Source of the DNA: Candidatus Kuenenia stuttgartensis
GTDB lineage: Bacteria; Planctomycetota; Brocadiia; Brocadiales; Brocadiaceae
Assembly (NCBI RefSeq): GCF_900232105.1
Contig: NZ_LT934425.1
Span: forward strand, 1,080,001-1,112,000
Direction of reading: 5' to 3'
DNA: 32,000 nucleotides
Below the pieces are notes generated by a model. That model was not told where the DNA came from and ran no database searches. It worked only from the letters and a program-made list of their open reading frames with translations. Below are positions 8,001 to 17,821 of this stretch, one piece after another. The translations under genes were made by a program, and so were the position numbers. Position 1 is the stretch's first letter, and each line of letters starts with the position of its first letter.

Positions 8001-9500
8001 ATGCCCTCCTCGATAGCTAAGGATTTTTTTACAGAAGCTGAGAATTTAAAGAAAAAGGGATATTCTCTAAAAGCGGTGAAAGCTTATAAAAAAGCAATAG
8101 AAGCCGACCCTTTTTTTCTTAGCGCTCATTACAACCTCGCACTCCTCTATTATCAACTTAAACAAGTAGATAATGCCATTTTGCATTTAAAGAAGGTAAC
8201 CGAATTAAATCCCACCGATGCCTCTGCATTTAACAATTTGGGTGTTATGTATTTTTCAAAAAATATGTTTAAAGAGTCTGAAAATTGTTTTGAAAAAGCT
8301 TTAGGAATTGAAGTGTATTACAAAGAGGCTAAAAAAGGTCTTGAGAAAGTGCGTCTTAAGCTAAAAGGGAAAATAAATAAAAACAGACGATTAAACGTTG
8401 GTTTTGTAAGCATTTGGTTCGAACGTGGACAATCGTATGTAACTAAAACATTGCGGGATGTTGTTGCACAAGAACACGAAACTTTTGTGTTTGCCAGGAC
8501 AGGCGGGGTTTATGATCGCCCTATGTTGCAAACAGACGGTATATGGGATGTTCCTAATTTAACAACATTTGGGAAATATGAGATATCTCATGAAGTACTT
8601 GGGAAGTGGATTGATAATAATAAACTGGATATGGTGGTTTTCAATGAAGAATATGATTGGTCTTTAGTTAAATACGTTAAAGAAAAATCCATAAAGGTTG
8701 TCACCTACCTTGATTATTATAAAGACGACTGGAAACCATACATGTATTTGTACGATGCTGTGCTTTGTTCCACAAAAAGAACATACAATCTTGTTAAAAA
8801 TTTTTGTAATGCCTATTATGTCGGATGGGGAATAGATACGGAACTTTTTAAACCGACAAATAATAGTACAGAAAAATATACCTTTTTTCATAATGCCGGA
8901 TGGTTAGGTATCAATTATCGCAAAATGACGCCTGCCGTTATCCTTGCCTTTGAAGCGGTATCCCGGTATTTGCCAGATGCAACCCTCTTTATCCATGCAC
9001 AGACCGCACTGGAAAAACTTCCGCCAGAAGTTTTGAATATCGTGAATAATACTCCGCGCATAACCTATCATGTCGCCACCGTTCCAGCACCGGGTCTTTA
9101 TCATAAAGGCCATATCCTTGTTTTTCCTTCCAAACTGGAAGGGCTGGGACTGCCTTTACTGGAAGGAATGGCATGTGGGCTTCCAGCCGTTGCCACTGAC
9201 GCGCCGCCAATGAATGAGTTTGTACAGAATAACTATAATGGCTTGCTGGTCAAAGTCGCTAAAAGGTTCCTCAGAGGGGATGGCATCTCCTTTCCAGAGG
9301 AAATTGTAGATATAAATGATCTGGCTTTTAAAATGCATTTTCTGGCTAAAAATCCGGAGTTGATTAACAAAATGCAGCAAAATGCAAGGAATTGTATTGA
9401 TAACTATGACACCTTGAGTAAAAAGGTAAACGAAGTAATTAACGATATTCTTCGCGACAAGAATAGGATTAGCTATAGGAAAACGAGCGTAAAATGCTAA
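8001..9500 (+). CDS. N-terminal TPR domain fused to a GT-B (GT4-like) glycosyltransferase
   Basis: TPR motifs (ADPFFLSAHYNLALLYYQLKQVDNAILHLKKVTELNPTDASAFNNLGVMYF) followed by a GT4-like C-terminal signature PGLYHKGHILVFPSKLEGLGLPLLEGMACGLPAVATDAPPMNEFV. Confidence 0.88.
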   Translation: MPSSIAKDFFTEAENLKKKGYSLKAVKAYKKAIEADPFFLSAHYNLALLYYQLKQVDNAILHLKKVTELNPTDASAFNNLGVMYFSKNMFKESENCFEKALGIEVYYKEAKKGLEKVRLKLKGKINKNRRLNVGFVSIWFERGQSYVTKTLRDVVAQEHETFVFARTGGVYDRPMLQTDGIWDVPNLTTFGKYEISHEVLGKWIDNNKLDMVVFNEEYDWSLVKYVKEKSIKVVTYLDYYKDDWKPYMYLYDAVLCSTKRTYNLVKNFCNAYYVGWGIDTELFKPTNNSTEKYTFFHNAGWLGINYRKMTPAVILAFEAVSRYLPDATLFIHAQTALEKLPPEVLNIVNNTPRITYHVATVPAPGLYHKGHILVFPSKLEGLGLPLLEGMACGLPAVATDAPPMNEFVQNNYNGLLVKVAKRFLRGDGISFPEEIVDINDLAFKMHFLAKNPELINKMQQNARNCIDNYDTLSKKVNEVINDILRDKNRISYRKTSVKC

Positions 9501-10411
9501 CAATACATCTGGTTGGTGCACAAAAAACAAATTACCCCTGGGGTTTTGAAAACCATCTGATTTCGGCATTAGAAGAGATGGACTGTAATATCCTTAGTAC
9601 GGATTTTCGACAAGAACGACACAATCTCCAAAGACTATTGCAGCAAAAAGCTGACCTTGTTCTCGTTTGTAAAGGTGAATTCATACCGCCGGAATTGATT
9701 CAATCTATTCCTTACCCAACCGCCTTATGGTATTGTGAACAGATTGGTAACGATACCGCAGTAGATTACATCGCACTTGTCAGAAGAAAAGAGCTGGAAT
9801 ATAATGCAACTGCTTTTGATTATGTCTTCTCTCATGATAAAACCAACCTACAAGTTTATAAAAACATCGGTTGTGTAAATGTCCACTGGCTACCTTGCAT
9901 CGCCGTAAATACAAAAATTCACAAAAAACTTGAAGTATCGAAAAAATATGACGTTACCTTTATTGGTAACCAAACCCCCCGACGCAAAAACATTCTTGTT
10001 GCGTTGGAAAAGTATTTCAAGGTCTTCACTCCGAATATATGGGACAGTAAAGAACTAAATGAAGCCTTTAATGAATCCAAGATCATTTTAAACATACACC
10101 TTTCTGATTTACTTAATATAGAAACACGCATAGGTGAAGTACTTGGGTCCGGTTCGTTCCTCCTTACGGAAGAACTTCCCTGCAAAGACCTTTTTATTGA
10201 TGGAGAACACTTAGTACAATGGCATCAAGGGGATGTTGAATATCTTATAAAAAAAATCCACTATTACCTCATCCATGAGGATGAAAGGGAAGGAATTGCA
10301 GGAAAAGGCCACCATTTTGCTATTGAACACCATAGCTTTGAGGAAAGAATGCGCCAACTATTGGCAACCATAGATTTCAGCAAGAATAAATGCGGCGCAG
10401 AGAGACTTTGA
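9494..10411 (+). CDS. CgeB-like glycosyltransferase
   Basis: YDVTFIGNQTPRRKNILVALEKYFKVFTPNIW... ESKIILNIHLSDLLNIETRIGEVLGSGSFLLTEELPCKDLFIDGEHLVQW is characteristic of CgeB-like GT-B proteins. Overlaps the previous CDS by 7 nt. Confidence 0.78.
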   Translation: MLTIHLVGAQKTNYPWGFENHLISALEEMDCNILSTDFRQERHNLQRLLQQKADLVLVCKGEFIPPELIQSIPYPTALWYCEQIGNDTAVDYIALVRRKELEYNATAFDYVFSHDKTNLQVYKNIGCVNVHWLPCIAVNTKIHKKLEVSKKYDVTFIGNQTPRRKNILVALEKYFKVFTPNIWDSKELNEAFNESKIILNIHLSDLLNIETRIGEVLGSGSFLLTEELPCKDLFIDGEHLVQWHQGDVEYLIKKIHYYLIHEDEREGIAGKGHHFAIEHHSFEERMRQLLATIDFSKNKCGAERL

Positions 10412-10448
10412 TCAAAAATGAAAATTTCTATAGAATGAGCATAAACCA

Positions 10449-11531
10449 ATGGCCTTTCACATTCCATTAGAAGAACAGATCGACAAGATCAGAACACATC
10501 TTGCAAATATAGGCAAAGTATCTACCCGCAAGGTTAGGCCTCGAATCTTCGTAGTGGTACATCATGTCAATTGGGAAAAACACGGATTGGTAGATGGATG
10601 GGCAGAGATTGCTGACGTTATTCACTATGATTGGGGAAATTCCTTCAATCAATATGCTGCCGACTGGCATCAAAGAGGCAAACCAGATTTTAACAAGGTA
10701 TTACTACGGCAAGTTGAATTAGCTCATCGTGAGAAGACGATAGATCTCTTGTTTTCTTACCTCTCGGGAAGATGGGTCTATCCATATACTATTCGGGCTA
10801 TCGGTAAAATGAACATAATAACAGTAAACATTAGCCTTGATGACAAGGTAAAATTCTGGGGTTATCAAGAGCCAGGTGGTCTTTCTGGAAATGCTGAAAT
10901 TGCGCCTGAGTTCGACCTCTGCATTACCACACAATCAGAGGAAGATGTTCAAAAGTATATTAGCGTTGGCGCCCGAGCCTTGTTTCTTCCACCAGGAGGA
11001 AATACCCACTCATTTTCTCCAATACCAGCGCCCAGAGATATTCCTGTTTCCTTTGTAGGCCAATGTTACGGCACAAGACCTCATATCATTGGGTGGTTAA
11101 TAAGTTGTGGGATTCCAGTTCAAACATTTGGCAAAGGCTGGCCTTCAGGAGAACTATCACACCGTGAGATGAACGTAATCTATTCCCGTTCAGTTGTAAA
11201 TTTAGGCTTCGGCTTTATTGGGGATTCTCCACATCTGACAGGATTAAAAGGTAGGGATTTTGAGGTTCCCCTCATGGGAAACCTCTATTTGACAACTTAT
11301 AATCAAGTCCTGGAAAACTGTTTTATCCTTGGAGAAGAAATTGATTGCTATCAGAATGAAACGGACTTACTTTCAAAATTACAATATTATATAACACACC
11401 CGGATATTGCCTTAAATATAGGAGCAGCAGGAAGAAACCGGTGTTTGCTTGATCACACATGGACTAATAGATTTAAGATAATTCTAACCGTTACCGGTCT
11501 TTCTGATTCCTGTATAAATTCTCATACATAA
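10449..11531 (+). CDS. CgeB-like glycosyltransferase
   Basis: VSFVGQCYGTRPHIIGWLISCGIPVQTFGKGWP...SRSVVNLGFGFIGDSPHLTGLKGRDFEVPLMGNLYLTTYNQVLENCFILGEEIDCYQNETDLLSKLQYYI. Confidence 0.75.
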   Translation: MAFHIPLEEQIDKIRTHLANIGKVSTRKVRPRIFVVVHHVNWEKHGLVDGWAEIADVIHYDWGNSFNQYAADWHQRGKPDFNKVLLRQVELAHREKTIDLLFSYLSGRWVYPYTIRAIGKMNIITVNISLDDKVKFWGYQEPGGLSGNAEIAPEFDLCITTQSEEDVQKYISVGARALFLPPGGNTHSFSPIPAPRDIPVSFVGQCYGTRPHIIGWLISCGIPVQTFGKGWPSGELSHREMNVIYSRSVVNLGFGFIGDSPHLTGLKGRDFEVPLMGNLYLTTYNQVLENCFILGEEIDCYQNETDLLSKLQYYITHPDIALNIGAAGRNRCLLDHTWTNRFKIILTVTGLSDSCINSHT

Positions 11532-11540
11532 TAAGTCCAT

Positions 11541-12677
11541 ATGTTTAAAATCATGAGTGTTTTAGGTACTCGTCCAGAAGCCATAAAACTTGCACCAATA
11601 ATTAAAGAATTACAAAAACATTCAGACACTCTGAAAAGTGTTGTTACCGTTACCGCTCAACATCGTCAAATGCTCGATAGCGTCCTGAGTGTCTTCGCGA
11701 TAAAACCAGATTACGATATGAATATTATGGATAAAAATCAAGGGCTAACCGATATAACATGCAAAGTATTAAAAAACATAGAAGTGATCTATGAAGAAGA
11801 ACAGCCTGACTTGGTTTTAGTACAGGGGGATACAACTACTGTTTTTGCCGCCTCATTGGCCGCTTATTATAGGAGAATCCCTGTGGGACACATAGAGGCG
11901 GGATTACGATCAAGTAATAAATACCAACCCTTTCCGGAAGAAATAAATCGAAGACTTACCAGTGTCATAGCGCATTTACACTTTGCGCCAACTGATGAAG
12001 CAAAAACAAATTTACTAAATGAGGGTATATGTGAAGACCTTATCTGTGTAACAGGTAATACAGTGATAGACGCCTTACTTGAAGTTGCAGCACAGGATTT
12101 CACATTTGATAACGATTTACTGAACAACATAAAAGGCAGAATGATCTTAATTACAGCGCATCGGCGAGAAAGTTTTGGAAAACCGTTCATTGATATCTGT
12201 AATGCAATCCTGACGTTAGCGAAACAATATCCGGATGTTACTTTTGTATATCCGGTACATCTCAATCCAAACGTTAGGAATATTGTATATCCCATGCTAG
12301 GCAACTTATCGAACATCATGCTTATCGAGCCGCTAGAATACATGCCTTTTGTTCACTTAATGAAACGAGCCTGTATTATCTTAACTGATTCCGGGGGCAT
12401 TCAGGAAGAGTCCCCTTCCTTAAATAAACCTATCCTGATACTTCGCGAAGTCACAGAACGCCCTGAGGCTATAAAAGCGGGAAGCGCAAAACTCGTGGGC
12501 ACACATTCCCAAACTATTATTCGTGAAACAACTCGTTTATTGGAGGACACACAGGAGTACGAGCGGATGATCAATATTGTAAATCCCTTTGGCGATGGAA
12601 TGGCATCTCAACGAACAGTAAATTTTATTAAAAACAAATTTATGGAAAACAATAATAATACTGCAGGGAAATATTAG
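11541..12677 (+). CDS. wecB: UDP-N-acetylglucosamine 2-epimerase (non-hydrolysing)
   Basis: MSVLGTRPEAIKLAPIIKEL, QGDTTTVFAASLAAYYRRIPVGHIEAGLRS, FPEEINRR, HRRESFGKPF, DSGGIQEESPSLNKPILILREVTERPEA. Confidence 0.95.
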   Translation: MFKIMSVLGTRPEAIKLAPIIKELQKHSDTLKSVVTVTAQHRQMLDSVLSVFAIKPDYDMNIMDKNQGLTDITCKVLKNIEVIYEEEQPDLVLVQGDTTTVFAASLAAYYRRIPVGHIEAGLRSSNKYQPFPEEINRRLTSVIAHLHFAPTDEAKTNLLNEGICEDLICVTGNTVIDALLEVAAQDFTFDNDLLNNIKGRMILITAHRRESFGKPFIDICNAILTLAKQYPDVTFVYPVHLNPNVRNIVYPMLGNLSNIMLIEPLEYMPFVHLMKRACIILTDSGGIQEESPSLNKPILILREVTERPEAIKAGSAKLVGTHSQTIIRETTRLLEDTQEYERMINIVNPFGDGMASQRTVNFIKNKFMENNNNTAGKY

Positions 12678-12779
12678 TTCTAATATTCAGTATAGATGAT
12701 ATATTGGATGAACCGCGCTAAAATGAAAAATATAAATAAGCATTTAATCTCCACCTGTAAAATATAAAAAAATCACCTC

Positions 12780-14156
12780 ATGAAAAACTTGCACAGTCCA
12801 ACAATCTCCGCCTGCCTTATCGTAAAAAACGAGGAAAGATTCCTGCCTAATTGCCTCAACAGCGTTAAGAACGCTGTTGATGAAATAGTAGTTGTTGATA
12901 CAGGTTCAACTGATAATACCGTAAATATCGCAAAAGAATTTAGCGCTAAGGTGTATTTTTATTCATGGAATAATAACTATAGTGAGGCAAGAAACTATGC
13001 AATACGCCATGCTACCAAAGAGTGGATTCTTATGATCGATGCGGATGAAGAGCTTGAGCAGAATGATATTCCTGTATTGAAACAATCGATAAGTAACGAT
13101 AATTATAATGGTGTTATTATTGCTATATACAGTAAAGTGAAAAGTGGGATGCACAAGTTTTATAACACACGGGTTTTTCGCCGGGAGAAGGCATTTTATA
13201 AAGGTATTATCCATGAACAAGTGGTGATTGAAGGGAAAAGGCTTCCATCGGAGATACATCTTTATCATTACGGGTATGATCTTGACGAAGATACGATGCG
13301 GAAGAAATGGCACAGAACAACTCAATTATTGGAAAAACAAATAGCGTTAAACGATAATGATAGTTTTGCATGGTTGAATCTTATCCGTAATTATTGCACA
13401 CAGCAATTGTTTCGGGATGGTATTAAGACCGGAAAAGAAGCGCTAAAGAGAATTACACCCGAGGCGAATTTGCATCATTTTATAATGATTCTGTATGAAA
13501 TGGCAGATTGTTATCTCAATACCGGAAATACCGCAGAAGCAAAAAAGATGTGCCACACCGCTTTAGCTAAATTAAGGGAAATGAATGTTGCGCCGGAAAA
13601 TATTGATATTGTTTATACACTGGCTTGTGTGTATTTAAAAGAAGGAGATTGTAATAAAGCTATTGAATATTTTAAACATTTTTTGACATTGCGTGAGTGG
13701 TATTTGAAAAATATCAGCGATTGCCTTATGACTGATACCCTGGGATATGATTATTCCGCATATAACGGGTTGGGTTTTTGTTATGGCAGTATGGGACAGT
13801 GGGAAAAAGCGGTTGGTTTTCTGCAAAAATCGATAGTCTCAAATCCTAAATATATTACCACCTATAAAAATTTAGCTTCATGCTATTCTGCAATGGGAAA
13901 CAATACGGACGCTATTAATACTTTATTGCGGTCAATTTCCGAAAATATCGCAGATCAGGAGATTTTTATCCGCTTGGGAGATTTATTTCTGAAACAACAG
14001 GAGTACAAACAGGCGATATCATACTATGAAAAGTATTTAAACTTGTGTCCTGAAGATAAAAATGCCTTGTTAAAAATATCTGCATGTTATGAAGAATCAG
14101 GCTATAAAGACACCGCTCAAATCGGATATAGCGCATTACAGAAGTGGAATAAATAA
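12780..14156 (+). CDS. Family 2 glycosyltransferase fused to C-terminal TPR repeats
   Basis: ISACLIVKNEERFLPNCLNSVKNAVDEIVVVDTGSTDNT...WILMIDADEELE; C-terminal TPRs (KYITTYKNLASCYSAMGNNTDAINTLLRSI...). Confidence 0.9.
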   Translation: MKNLHSPTISACLIVKNEERFLPNCLNSVKNAVDEIVVVDTGSTDNTVNIAKEFSAKVYFYSWNNNYSEARNYAIRHATKEWILMIDADEELEQNDIPVLKQSISNDNYNGVIIAIYSKVKSGMHKFYNTRVFRREKAFYKGIIHEQVVIEGKRLPSEIHLYHYGYDLDEDTMRKKWHRTTQLLEKQIALNDNDSFAWLNLIRNYCTQQLFRDGIKTGKEALKRITPEANLHHFIMILYEMADCYLNTGNTAEAKKMCHTALAKLREMNVAPENIDIVYTLACVYLKEGDCNKAIEYFKHFLTLREWYLKNISDCLMTDTLGYDYSAYNGLGFCYGSMGQWEKAVGFLQKSIVSNPKYITTYKNLASCYSAMGNNTDAINTLLRSISENIADQEIFIRLGDLFLKQQEYKQAISYYEKYLNLCPEDKNALLKISACYEESGYKDTAQIGYSALQKWNK

Positions 14157-14187
14157 TGCTTTTCTCTTTAGAAATAGGAAATGTTTT

Positions 14188-15927
14188 ATGACCAAAGACC
14201 CTGAAAACAATAACCACAGGTCCACCATATCGGCATGTATGATTGTGAAGAATGAAGAAGGTTTTTTGCCCCAATGCCTTGAGAGTATAAAGGGGGCGGT
14301 TGACGAAATAATTATTGTCGATACCGGTTCTTCTGATAAAACAGTGGACATCGCAAAATCGTTTGGCGCAAAAGTATATCATCATCCATGGCGCAACAGT
14401 TTTAGCGAGGCGAGAAACTATTCTTTGGGTTATGCTACATGCGATTGGGTTTTGCAAATAGACGCGGATGAAAAACTGGAGCGGGAAGATATTCCCTTAT
14501 TGCATAAGATTATTTGCAACTCCGCCTGCAATGCCTTTTATGTAGCTATCTACAGCGAGCTTCCCGGTGGATTGTCAAAACATTATTTCACAAGAATATT
14601 CCGCAAAGGGAAGGCTCATTACGAAGGAATAGTACACAATCAACTTGTGCATGAGGGTCATTCCCGTCCATCTGAAGTGCGGATGTACCACTATGGATAC
14701 AATCTGTCCGCAACGAAAATGGAAAAAAAATATAAACGGACAGGGGATCTTTTACGGAAACAACTGGAAGAGAATCCTGAAAATATTTTTGCGATAGCTA
14801 ATCTTGTAAGAAATTATAGAAATGAGCGCAATTATGATGAAGTGATAAAACTAGCAGAGAAAGGACTGGGAATATCTGAACCGGCTCTCGACCTCTCAAC
14901 AAAAAATCAAAGGCAAAGGATCAGCATTGACCTTGCTTTCGCGCTGATGCGCAAGGATAGGCTGGACAGAGCGGAAGATGTGTGCAAAAAGGCATTGAGG
15001 GAAGATCCTGATTTTCTCGATAATTTGTTTATGTTAGGTGACATATTAAGCAGAAAAAAAGCTTTTCACGAGGCATTGGGTATTTACCGGAAATTTCTTG
15101 TCGTTAAAGAAAAAGACCGCAGATCTCCTGATTTTAATTTACTTATTGTAGATACCTATGAGTACGAACATAAGGTGTATAACAACATGGGAGATTGCTA
15201 CAGAAATCTGGGTTTACGGAACGAAGCGGAAAGAGCATATAAAAGAGCAATAGAGATTTTTGATAAAGAAACACTGTGTTATTCAAGCCTCGCCCGTTTT
15301 TATTTATCACAAAACCGTTTAGATGAAGCTGCAAACGTACTTGATTCCGCAATACAATCAGGAATCGCAGATCATTTGACATTCTTATTGCTGGGTGAAA
15401 TAAAAACAGTTCAAAACAAGACAATTGACGCCATAAATTCTTTTAAAATGGCAATTCAAAAGGATGAAAAAAATATAACGGCATATGCTTGCCTTATAAA
15501 TGTATTAATTCAGTCAAATCAATTGGAGGAGGCGGAAGGATTGTTAAAAAAAATATCCTCCTTTTATCCACATCATATAATAGTTAAATGTATTAATGAA
15601 AAAATTAATTCCCGGCGTGGTGATAAGGATAGCGCCATTCAGTTTGTGCGTCGTATAATAGCGTCTAATCCTTCGGATAATAACGTATATTTAGAACTCG
15701 GGAATCTCTGTTTAGAGATAAATGAGTATGCGCTGGCTATTGAGGTATATGAGAAGTTTTTAAGAGGCTCTTCCGCACAGGATGCAAAAATATTAACGAA
15801 TATTGCTATGTGCTACGCTGGTTTGGGACAAGTAAGACCGGCAATTGTCGGCCTGAAAGCGGCACTCGAAATAGACCCTTCTTATCAATCTGCAAGAAAG
15901 AATCTCTCTATTTTGGAGAAAAAGTGA
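14188..15927 (+). CDS. Family 2 glycosyltransferase fused to long C-terminal TPR array (paralogue of preceding gene)
   Basis: ISACMIVKNEEGFLPQCLESIKGAVDEIIIVDTGSSDKT...WVLQIDADEKLE; multiple TPRs. Start taken at ATG 14188 (MTKDPENNNHR...) rather than the track start 14089, which overlaps the upstream gene. Confidence 0.9.
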   Translation: MTKDPENNNHRSTISACMIVKNEEGFLPQCLESIKGAVDEIIIVDTGSSDKTVDIAKSFGAKVYHHPWRNSFSEARNYSLGYATCDWVLQIDADEKLEREDIPLLHKIICNSACNAFYVAIYSELPGGLSKHYFTRIFRKGKAHYEGIVHNQLVHEGHSRPSEVRMYHYGYNLSATKMEKKYKRTGDLLRKQLEENPENIFAIANLVRNYRNERNYDEVIKLAEKGLGISEPALDLSTKNQRQRISIDLAFALMRKDRLDRAEDVCKKALREDPDFLDNLFMLGDILSRKKAFHEALGIYRKFLVVKEKDRRSPDFNLLIVDTYEYEHKVYNNMGDCYRNLGLRNEAERAYKRAIEIFDKETLCYSSLARFYLSQNRLDEAANVLDSAIQSGIADHLTFLLLGEIKTVQNKTIDAINSFKMAIQKDEKNITAYACLINVLIQSNQLEEAEGLLKKISSFYPHHIIVKCINEKINSRRGDKDSAIQFVRRIIASNPSDNNVYLELGNLCLEINEYALAIEVYEKFLRGSSAQDAKILTNIAMCYAGLGQVRPAIVGLKAALEIDPSYQSARKNLSILEKK

Positions 15928-15987
15928 AGGGGAATATAAGATATATTAAAATCAGATTTTTCCAGTAATAATTCTTCCATAAAATGG

Positions 15988-16956
15988 TTAATAATTAACC
16001 ATCTTACCAACCATCCTTATAACCACAAGCACCGTCCCCAGGGAAAAGAGTACCACCGTAACGAGGGACAACGGGATACTTGGATTATTTTTGATAGTGA
16101 CGAAAACCCCTGGCACTGTTTTAATATCAAGAAATGCAATCTTTGTTCCCAAAATTTCCTTTGCGTTATGTTCACCAACGGTAAGGTATATGCTTTGGGT
16201 TTCCCTGTTTTGGGTGGTGGAAAGTAGTTTTACCACGGGATAGCGATATTGGGGTGGCATGTATAAATCTACCATTCTGGTATTTTGGCCGTTTAAGGTG
16301 AAAACTTCATTTGCCTTAAGATTGTGCATCCTGTCTCCGACTTTAAGTACCACGGAAGAAACCGTATTCCCATAATCACGCAATAAGACTGCTAACGCTC
16401 CATTATTCAAAACTACGGGATTGTTATAACCGATTGTATCTTCATATTCGGCACCGTCTTTTCTTACTGAGACATAACCCGTTATTTTTTTAGGCATGCC
16501 ATTTGGATAAGAACTTGTATCAAGACCTGTCACCTTCATTTCAAAGCCGCCCATGTCGGTCCATTCTTCTGAGACAGAAATTGGAGGCGATAAAGAACAA
16601 TACAACCCCCCAATAAGATGTACGACCAAGGTTACTATAAAACCAACATGCATAATTGATGCCCCATATAAAGGCACTTTTTTAATCCCTCCTCTCACTT
16701 TTCGAAGGACAGAATCCGTGGTGCAGAAGAAGGCGTTTATGCCGTAAATAATGCATGCAAAAAAAAGTAGATAAAACCAGATGTGAATGGGTTTCTTATG
16801 ACTGAAGAAAAAGATAATATCTTCTCCGGAAAGGCCGGAATAATGATAAGGATAAAAATTCATTATAAGACTTCCGATGATAAGGAGTCCTGTAACTGAA
16901 AATCCAATAATTATCCCTAATTTTTGGGACTTAATAAAATCATACACCTTTTTCAT
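15988..16956 (-). CDS. ResB/Ccs1-like cytochrome c biogenesis protein (System II)
   Basis: 322 aa; N-terminal TMs, large periplasmic-type domain (ASIMHVGFIVTLVVHLIGGLY..., GGFEMKVTGLDTSSYPNGMPKKITGYVSV, PGVFVTIKNNPSIPLSLVTVVLFSLGTVLVVI); adjacent to ccsA. Confidence 0.75.
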   Translation of the reverse strand: MKKVYDFIKSQKLGIIIGFSVTGLLIIGSLIMNFYPYHYSGLSGEDIIFFFSHKKPIHIWFYLLFFACIIYGINAFFCTTDSVLRKVRGGIKKVPLYGASIMHVGFIVTLVVHLIGGLYCSLSPPISVSEEWTDMGGFEMKVTGLDTSSYPNGMPKKITGYVSVRKDGAEYEDTIGYNNPVVLNNGALAVLLRDYGNTVSSVVLKVGDRMHNLKANEVFTLNGQNTRMVDLYMPPQYRYPVVKLLSTTQNRETQSIYLTVGEHNAKEILGTKIAFLDIKTVPGVFVTIKNNPSIPLSLVTVVLFSLGTVLVVIRMVGKMVNY

Positions 16957-17047
16957 TTTTTCAATAGAACCTTATCTAGAAATATCCGGATTTATTATGT
17001 GGCTTGTTTACAAATTTTCGTAAAAACAAAAGAGGTTTTGCTGCATC

Positions 17048-17821
17048 TTAACTGAAACTGTGAGAACTTCCTATGACAAAGCTAGTGCCGATATATGTCA
17101 TCATCAGTATAAAAAACCCTACGATGGCAAGCGGCGGCTTTAATTTTTTTGCTTCAGGCCAATAATCCAGGTGCAGGCAGGTTGCATAAAAAAACCATAT
17201 GATAACAGACCAGACCACCTTGGCATCCCATAAAAAATAAGACCCCCATGCAACGTATCCCCACAAACCTCCGAAAATCATTGAAATGGAAAAGGCCGCC
17301 AACCCGTATCGGAACCCGGAATCTATTATTACATCATATGTTTTTTTATTTCCCTTTGCAAAATAACGTGCGATTGCTGCCGCCATAGAACTCGCCCATA
17401 ATGCATAACAGAAAAATGAAAGGGGGACATGCAATGCGTACCATATGGTAAGCATTAAGGGAGGCGCAAAACTCAAACCCATTTTAAAAAAAGTGGCTGC
17501 TGCCACAAAAAAGCCGTATCCAATACCAAACAATGTCATCCGGTAAATGGGACTTTCTGCTTTGGAAAAAATAAGCAATATCATGAATGTTGCCGTGGCA
17601 AAGGCATGGAATGATTCGAATTTATTTGTAAGAGGAAAATAGCCTATCGATAGACCACGTATGGTAATAACGGCTATTTGTAAAATAACAATCCCCAACA
17701 ATACAGGAAAACGTATTTTCCACCTGGTAAATCCGACAAACCAATACATCGAATACAGGCCGAAACACACCCAATATAAAACAATAGAAATCTGATTAAG
17801 TAGTAGCGCCTTTTCCATCAT
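17048..17821 (-). CDS. ccsA: CcsA/CcsB-type cytochrome c biogenesis protein
   Basis: Heme-handling WD-type motif GGLWGYVAWGSYFLWDAKVVWSVIIWFFYATCLH; hydrophobic TM segments; overlaps the upstream ppiC stop. Confidence 0.88.
   Translation of the reverse strand: MMEKALLLNQISIVLYWVCFGLYSMYWFVGFTRWKIRFPVLLGIVILQIAVITIRGLSIGYFPLTNKFESFHAFATATFMILLIFSKAESPIYRMTLFGIGYGFFVAAATFFKMGLSFAPPLMLTIWYALHVPLSFFCYALWASSMAAAIARYFAKGNKKTYDVIIDSGFRYGLAAFSISMIFGGLWGYVAWGSYFLWDAKVVWSVIIWFFYATCLHLDYWPEAKKLKPPLAIVGFFILMMTYIGTSFVIGSSHSFS

Noticed and set aside
9494-11531. Possible two fragments of one glycosyltransferase gene split by a frameshift
   Set aside because: Both ORFs contain their own complete CgeB-like C-terminal segments, so they look like separate full genes rather than halves.
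14089-14187. Track start of the second GT2-TPR ORF
   Set aside because: The 33 upstream residues overlap the end of the preceding gene; ATG 14188 aligns with the start of the paralogous GT2 domain.
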